Positions 56,466 to 64,000 of a stretch of DNA of 64,000 bases are shown here, piece after piece. The notes under the pieces are model-generated. The model saw only the letters and a list, made by a program, of their open reading frames with translations, ran no database searches and was not told the DNA's origin. Origin of the DNA: Tubiluchus corallicola (Eukaryota > Animalia > Priapulida); the NCBI GenBank assembly GCA_030141605.1, contig JAQGDQ010000505.1, positions 96,615 through 160,614 on the forward strand, read 5' to 3'. The first letter of the stretch is position 1. Each line of letters opens with the position of its first letter. The translations under genes were made by a program, and so were the position numbers.

Positions 56466-59400
56466 TCATTTCGGTTTTGTTTCCTGGTCTGTAACAGTGC
56501 GAATAAAAATTGAATCCTCGGGAACGTCTTCCATTTCTTCTTGTTCATACATGTAAGAAGATGAGATTGCCAATAGGCTGCCATCTGGACTGAATGCAAG
56601 AGAAGATATGGAAGTGGGATATCTGCAAGCATAACAGCATTTTCCTAATAATATCATCACTTTCTTACATTGTCTTGTAATATATTTAGTAATGCACTGC
56701 AAATTTAACTAATTTGGTAGCTCCATTTTGTTGAAGCGCATTATTCGAGCTGTATGTTCTGGAGATTTGTTTGCTCAAAATTTTATGGAGGACATTCAGT
56801 TGCTGTTTCACTCTTTACTAAGTTCTGTGAATTAGTTAATTGAAGGCAACAGAGAAACTGAAAAGGTCTATCATGCAGGATTGAACATATAACCAATGAA
56901 ATCGCATGCAGCACAAACTTATTCGTCAAACTTAATTGCAAACTTTTACCTTCCTCTAGTCCAGACACATACAATTTGGCAATATTTATTTAATAAGTAT
57001 CTGCCAGGACAATAATCTAATCTTAGGGGACAGTTGGCATCACAACAAAAAAATATTTTAAGCCAGGACTGCAATTAGCAAATTATATGCAGGCGCAGCA
57101 TTAAGACATACCAGAAAAGACATTTAAAAGAAATAGATTTTCTCCTTTAGTGAACATGGTACAAAATTAAATATTATTAATAGTTTTAAGTTCTGCAAAT
57201 TATGCCAGTTGACCTCTGTTGAAAACTGTTCCCCTTTTATTGGCTTCTTGCTTCAGAAGGAAGTAACTGTGCAGAACCATTAAATTATGGACTAGCCGTT
57301 GTATACGAGACAAGTTTATACTAAATAACATTCAAAGAACTTTCCAGAGTCATCAGTTAACTATTTAAATTAGCACAGACAGACTGTTGGAGTTAAATCA
57401 GTTCAATTTGTTTCTATATTGTAGATTCTGCTGATTGCATCTAATGTTATATTTTCTACTTGTAAGTGAATGGATGTACCAACAAAGGCACCAGATTTAA
57501 AAATGGTTACAACAATTTCACTTGGTATTTCTAAAAAATTTTAACCAAGCCTTTGACATAAAAATAATGCTGTAAATATTTTTTTGGTTTGGTACATTAT
57601 TTAAGCTGTTAATTTCTGTGCTTTGGCCACTTTGTTAAGCTGACCCTGCTCTCCATTAGTTCAGCAATATCAATAAACCTAAATCACATAAGTTAGTAGA
57701 TGCGAATGCTGAATTACACCCATGAAGTTTTGCCCATCCGCAAATAGGGCCTTTGACATCATATAAATTCTCTGTATTTAATAATTCAATGTACAATCAG
57801 AACTAGGGTTTTACTGTATATATATATATATATATATTTGAAAAGTAATCACATATATATATATATAATCCAAAGATTTTGCAGCATACCAAATTTATCA
57901 AGTTATTCTAATGACACCAAATCAAGAAGTCATCAAGACATACAAAGAAGAAAATTCTATTAGCATAGATCGTTAACAATATCCTTTTACCTGTGGAATT
58001 GGCATAATCTCTTTTTGTTGAAACCATCCCAGATGTTCACAAATCCATCTGAGCCTCCTGTGGCAAATGTAGAGTGTTGCTGATGGAATGCAATGGCGTT
58101 GACAGGATAAATGTACTCCATTCCATTTTCTTTTATACGATGACATTTGAATGCATACTTCTTTTTCTGTGTTTCAGGACTTGGATCTAAATACTCAACA
58201 GCTACACGACCTAAAAGCGTTTTGGTGGAAATGAGTATTTTTTAGCATTCTTAATTAAATGAGTTTCTGTATCAAAAGTGACACTTTAGTTCATGCAAAC
58301 GGGGAACAAATTATCACAAATGTCAAAATGTCGTTGTATTGTGTTTTACACAACTTATATTTGCTGTGCGTATTAATAACTGGTTCACTTTCTAACTGTA
58401 ATAGTAGTAGTTCTAGCAAATCTACTTGTAATAGATACTAGCAGTTGCAACATAGGCATCAACATAGGTTGACAAACAGGTCATTTGACCCCCCCCCCCC
58501 TAGATCAGGCCTTCTAACGAAGGGGTTTGGAAGTTGGAACCATATAATAAATTCCCCAAGGAGTGTCGGGCCTTGGAAATTTCTGTTGTCTGCCTCATTC
58601 AATAGTACAGTGAATTACCAGATAAAAGTTTTTGTCACTCTGACTTAAAAGGTTAGGCCAAGGGGTCAAGCAGTCAACACGAACAGTGACAGCTTAGGAC
58701 GAATCTCAGCTGTCGATACAAAGGGAAGGATTAAAGTCTTCAACAGCGGCAAAACCATGCAGTCTCAGGTCATATCAGTTCAATGTTTGTCTGAAAAGTT
58801 TTTTCTTTTTTTTGAATCTCACTATTTTTATATAGCAGTTTTTACGATTTTTGCTCCGCAGAACTTGCGAGAATTCCGATGCTCTCCAGTCTTAACTTAG
58901 GAAAAACCATCGAGCACCCTGCTCATGAATGTTACTTTTACCGTTGATTATATGGTTCTTTTTGTTTAAATCCAAGAACCAGTTAGATGTCGGCATGTCG
59001 CATTTTATGGATAATTTAAAGCAATAATTGTGATAGTATGAGTATATCCTTTTGACTCCCCACTGGAAAAGTTGCAGCGGACGCCTTTGAGTTGCAGTAT
59101 TAGTAGATCTGAATAACTTGAAAAATAAACATCAACATTACACAAATGCATTCTTTCAAGCAATTAACCCGCAAGGTTAATAATGATAAAACAAAAAGCA
59201 AATGGGAAACAGCATTTGTAGGTATATACATACCCTCTATAGAGCTAAGTACATATCCTTGCTTATTTGGAAAACAACGAATGCATCTGGTCTGATACTT
59301 GAGACTAGACTCTCTTCGTTGCTGAACAAATCCCATGTTCCTTAGGTCCCACACAAGCACACGTCTGCCTGCTGTGCCCACAATCAACTTGTCGCCGCAT

Positions 59401-59948
59401 GTCGCCAATGTATACACCTAAAACATTCCAGCCAGTTAAGCAAAAGCCTTCATTTATCAATATTATATTGGTCCTAGGGCCTAGAACAACCCTCATCTGA
59501 AATCTAAACTTTATTTTTAGATAAACAAATCTATTCACAAATGGCTACAAAAATGTGTCGAAATAACGATATAACCATTCATCTTTGAGACAAGATTGGT
59601 ATTTTTTACACTAATTTCTAATATTTAAACACCTGTGGACCAATGCAGTGAGACCTTTTTGTAATATTAAGCAGTATACCCAGCACCATTCACAGACAAG
59701 GGGACATTTGCAGTTCTGTAAGCTATCAATAACTAGTGTTGTGTGGATACAGCTAAATCTATTGCGATAACAGTCCTGCAATATAATGACTGATTTGTAT
59801 TTTATCCAACTAGTTACTTTCAGCTTCAGCTATATTACAATTTTTTTAACGTGACAGATAGACTAAGGTTGCCAGGTTAGAAAATTAGAAATACGGGACA
59901 CTCTTAAAATTTTTCTCTATATTTCTATATCTATCTATCTATCTATCT

Positions 59949-59981
<33 letters not shown>

Positions 59982-61454
59982 TATATTCCTGTAAATTTAA
60001 ATATAAATTTATATGCCTAATACCCAGACCTATATACTGTATAAAAGTTTAGACACAAGTTAAAAACATAAAGCGAGGATTTTTATGGGTCCTAAAATCA
60101 TTTGTAAGTTATTCAATGCAGGCAAACAAATTCTGTAAAAGTGACACATTTGAAAGTATTTATTTAATACAGACTACAGAGAAATATTTTTAAGAGAATC
60201 TGAGAAAAGAAGTTATAATTACAATTATAATTATAATTAAAAGAAGTTATAGTTAGCTAACAACCATAAGAAGGTAGTAAGAACATATTTTTATTACAAA
60301 ATTTCAAAACTAACTATATACAGGACATTTGGGTGTCTGTAAAAGGTCAGTAAAGGACAGGGGACAAAATTATCACACATGGGACATGTCTCATATATAA
60401 CTGACATCTGGCAATCCTAGGATAGGCAGGTAGAAATTTGATTTTTATAGAAAAACAGAAAGGTGCATTTCTCAGTACTAACTAAATATTAAATTAATAA
60501 AAACAACATGATGTGCTAAAACTAGTTCTGAAGAACTATATGCAGACATGGAATGTAAAGGTGGATTATGGACACATGAACTGCCAGCTTTCTCTTGGAA
60601 AGCTGTAGATGCTTGAAATAAGGAATAATTAGTCTCCGAACTTTGGAAGATTTGTACTCCTCTAAATACATTTCTATCACATGGCCAATAAGCCACTTTT
60701 GAAAATCTAAGCCTTACATGTCCCGACTGTGTACTCAGTAGTTGGTGTAACATGAATATGACAAAAATTCGTACTTTGTCAGGTTGAGAAAATGAACCAG
60801 CACTACACGGTGTCCTTGGATCCCACAACTTCACGGTCATATCCCAACTTCCTGTAATGACGACATTTACATCTGGAGCATATTCTACGCAGCGAATAGG
60901 TGCCTCGTGTTGACCAACTATCATTTCTGTAAAGAAAAAGAAAACAGTCAGAAATCTGGGCAGTTAAAAGCTATGATAATAAAATTACGCACATCAGTTC
61001 TAAATCGTTCATTCATTTGTGTTACCAGTTTAATTCGAACTATGCACTATAAGGAAAAATTAACATTTTTTGTTTCAGAAAACCGGCAATACTTCTAAAG
61101 GTTTTCTAGGAGGTCCCGTTAGTTAGTAGATTTTTGAAAATTTACCTAAAGGTTGCTCAAAAGAGGCCAGGCATAGGAGCAAGCACAAAAGCTGCAAAGG
61201 TTTGCATTCTGTAGAGTCAAATTAAAAAAAACAGTGCTCTTTCTTTGAAGAAGAATAACAGGAAAAACAATGGAAGATTAAAGACTTTATATCATATCAA
61301 CAAATTAAATGTGTAAATGCTATGCATTATCCTTTTAGTCAACTACACAAACGAAGCATTCAAGCACGAATGGTATCTACTCACCTGAATTAGCATTGAA
61401 ATCAAACATTTTAAGATTCTGGTCCAGCCCGCCACTATATGCATGCACTGCATC
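56466..61454 (-). CDS. BUB3: Mitotic checkpoint protein BUB3 (WD40), 5'-partial. Exons: 61385-61454, 60775-60926, 59234-59417, 57991-58210, 56466-56622
   Basis: Reads [20 protein letters not shown]|...[34 protein letters not shown]|[29 protein letters not shown]...[29 protein letters not shown]|[24 protein letters not shown]...|[23 protein letters not shown]...ETKPK*. 260 aa; the roughly 65 N-terminal residues and the ATG exon are not in the window. Confidence 0.96.
58451..59089. mobile_element. hAT-type MITE, family C
   Basis: Imperfect TIRs CATAGGCATC / GACGCCTTTG; TSD AGTTGCAA/AGTTGCAG. Confidence 0.7.
59864..60419. mobile_element. hAT-type MITE, family D, with an internal (TATC)n(TACA)n(TA)n microsatellite
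   Basis: TIRs TAAGGTTGCCAG / CTGGCAATCCTA; subterminal GGGACA motifs; TSD AGATAGAC/GGATAGGC (6/8). Confidence 0.75.
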
Positions 61455-61568
61455 CTAAAGAAAAAATAGTGATGTGTATTGGGGGGTCCAGGGTGTTGAA
61501 AAAACTTTTTCTCATGGCTTGATATCTAATAGTGAGTAAAAATTGTTTTTCAATAAATAAATTTATGG

Positions 61569-61614
61569 AGCAATACGTAACTTCCAATTGTACTTCGTTC
61601 AGTTACGTATTGCT
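61569..61614 (+). other. Oxford Nanopore ligation adapter remnants (read-end plus read-start), marking a chimeric junction
   Basis: 61590-61614 GTACTTCGTTCAGTTACGTATTGCT is identical to the 3' 25 nt of the ONT adapter AATGTACTTCGTTCAGTTACGTATTGCT, recalled from memory. 61569-61582 AGCAATACGTAACT is the reverse complement of its last 14 nt. Confidence 0.96.
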
Positions 61615-61742
61615 TAGATGCACTATAGATGTGCAATGTGTTTATCAATGATGGTAGGTATGGAGACATAGGGTAAAAAAAATTAAGTGTACCCTCTATC
61701 AAGTCGTATCTGAAATATTACCAAGTTAAAACTTCATCTTAC

Positions 61743-63843
61743 CTGAGCAAATTTCCTCTTTTCCACATGCATTTTAATTGATTCTATGTTCTTGAATAGC
61801 AGCTCGGGCATCATGTCTTCTGGCAGCTTGGTCAAGAATTGAGCAAGATGAATGAAATCAAGGTTGATGAGTATATCTTCATACATTCTTAACACACCTA
61901 CAATAAGAACGTGACTTTCTACACATCCAGTTGAAGGTTTTTTTACACTAATAAAGGAATGTATTCATTCTGTGATTGCTGACGGTTTAACAAAAAATGG
62001 CAGCAGTGCATACTAACCAAGTGCGCAACGAAAAAGAAACTCCTCTCCATCACGACAAAAAAGGTCCCAAACCCGTGATGCAATATCCAGAGGAAGTGAC
62101 TTGCTGAATATTGTATAAACCCTGCAAGATACAATGAAAATTGGCAGTTTGAATCCTGTGTTAATGCCATGTATGAATTACTTTCCTTTGACTGCCATGC
62201 TTATAAGAAAAACAGAGGCAAGAATATACGTTATTAATAAACACTCATTGCTGACTTACCAATCAATAAGATAAAGATCAGGAGTCAGATTGTGTTTTGC
62301 AAAGTGATCAAACAATTTGGGCAAGTTCTCGGCAAACATTTCTTCATAAGTACTAAAGTAAGCCTTCATCTGCAAAGAGCAAGGTTTTTCACATTAAAAA
62401 CTACTGTGATTAAGGAATTATTACCAGAACCATGCTTAAAGAAACAACTACTTAACGAAGCTAAGACCACAATTACATATAAAAACTGTACAAAAGTTTG
62501 TAATGTTGATTACTAAACAACAAAATTGCACAAGTAATATTTTTAATTAAGCATTTACAATGTAACAAGCACCACTTATAAAACTAAAGCTTGACTATAC
62601 ATAACTATTGTGTATCTAAAATGTGCAACACAATTTTTTTATTTTAAACTGCATATTGTTAAAAAATTATACATTACAAAATTTCTCAAGCACTGCAGTT
62701 TCGACAAAAATTGTATGTAAAAGTTTTTCACGCCATTTTTTGCATAAAAATCAATGGTACAAGCAATGCCAATGAACTTTTTTGTTTGTTTACAGGCATA
62801 AAGTCTGTCCTTACCAACCCATCATCCATTCGGAAGAAGGCTAGATGACACGGCTTGTTAAGTAGATTAGCAAAGCAGATAAATGCATCGTCAACATCAA
62901 CATTAAGTAGCAACATGGCAGCAACAAATGACATTCCTTGTACCTGAAAACACATCTTGTACTTTAACATTTGCATTAAGCCAAATAAGATCTAATTAGT
63001 TTCTCAAATGCATGGAGACATTTTCTGCACCACGATTTTCTGTTTCTGAAAAGTTAATTGGTAACTAATTAACTAATATCAGCTTTCAGATCCATGACAT
63101 AGTCACATTTTGTTTTACAAATCACCACGTCAGTTAAATTAAAGCCTTTCTACATACCACTGAGGTTACTACACAGAATATATAAATATGCATGTTACAT
63201 TTAAATATAAGGTATGTAAGTACACATGGTACATACTAATACAAACATTAAAATGTAGGTGACACTTACATAGCCAACATCGGGTCTATAGCAGGCATAA
63301 GCACCCAGCAGATTTTGCAATAAATCATGGTATGGACCGCCCTGCAAGCAAAATAAAATGGTAAGACTCAAAATAACAAAACATATATCAAACAACAGTA
63401 CATTTGATTTTGGCATTATATATATATATACATATACACACACGCACACGCACACACACACACATACACACACACATATAAAACTTCTCAAAACACTTAT
63501 AAAAATGCTTCTCAGATATAGCAAAGCAATATTTAAAGCAAATAATATGTAAAGCAAAATGTATTTATATGATATTCACCAAATAACAAACACGATTAAA
63601 AGAAAATGAATACTCAAGTAAAATGTTAGATGAGTCATAGTACTCAACCATTAGCTGCAAAAAAATTCTGCAATGCTTCTGAATAATTTCACATCAACTT
63701 AAATGATGCATGCCTAAGCAAATTTGACAAGCTTCCAAGCATTCATCCATATCTCACCTTTTGAAATATACAAAGACCTGGGAATGTCCTAGATACATCC
63801 AGACGTATCAATTCTACACTGTTTTCTCGACTTGTTGGTGAAC
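61743..63843 (-). CDS. TBC1D14: TBC1D12/TBC1D14-family Rab-GAP, partial (C-terminal half of the TBC domain). Exons: 63758-63843, 63270-63341, 62815-62943, 62260-62369, 62018-62121, 61743-61897
   Basis: Reads [19 protein letters not shown]|[24 protein letters not shown]|[14 protein letters not shown]...[14 protein letters not shown]|...[10 protein letters not shown]|[34 protein letters not shown]|[28 protein letters not shown]...KFAQ. The IxxDxxR and YxQ catalytic fingers are present. Probably the single invertebrate co-orthologue of TBC1D12 and TBC1D14. Confidence 0.93.
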
Positions 63844-64000
63844 CTGGAAAACAGCAGAAGATTATAGGGATAGCCATTTAGAAGTAAAGCGTGTAAAATT
63901 AATAATATGCAACCACAATTTTTCATATTAGTGCAAGTGTGAGAGCTGACATGCTGAAGAAAAAAGAATACTGCATACACAGTGCTTCTAAATACAACAG

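Noticed and set aside
61569-61614. miRNA-like or regulatory hairpin with a perfect 14-bp stem
   Set aside because: Both arms are adapter-derived; the sequence is not biological.
56466-63843. Novel TBC Rab-GAP/BUB3 fusion protein, or genuine TBC1D14-BUB3 adjacency
   Set aside because: The joining 'intron' contains Nanopore adapter sequence at 61569-61614, so the junction is best explained as a chimeric read.

Overview
AT-rich, intron-rich animal genomic DNA (probably an invertebrate; taxon not determined). I reconstructed five spliced genes by hand from GT-AG boundaries and exon phase: HAUS6 (minus, 21 coding exons, about 1074 aa), RPS6 (minus, 5 exons, 249 aa, TCT/5'TOP start), allantoicase ALLC (plus, 11 exons, start uncertain), BUB3 (minus, first coding exon absent) and the 3' part of a TBC1D12/14-type Rab-GAP (minus). 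Introns hold many hAT, pogo/Tigger and TTAA-type MITEs, LINE and SINE remnants and a 25-bp minisatellite. The most striking apparent novelty is an in-frame TBC1D14-BUB3 fusion, but it is almost certainly an artefact. The 288-bp gap between the genes contains a tail-to-head Oxford Nanopore ligation-adapter pair (61569-61614), the signature of a chimeric read, so sequence right of 61614 probably comes from another locus. I found no supportable new biological system. The best biological leads are a young GC-rich pogo/Tigger insertion, the YCAY-dense minisatellite and possible HAUS6 isoform regulation.
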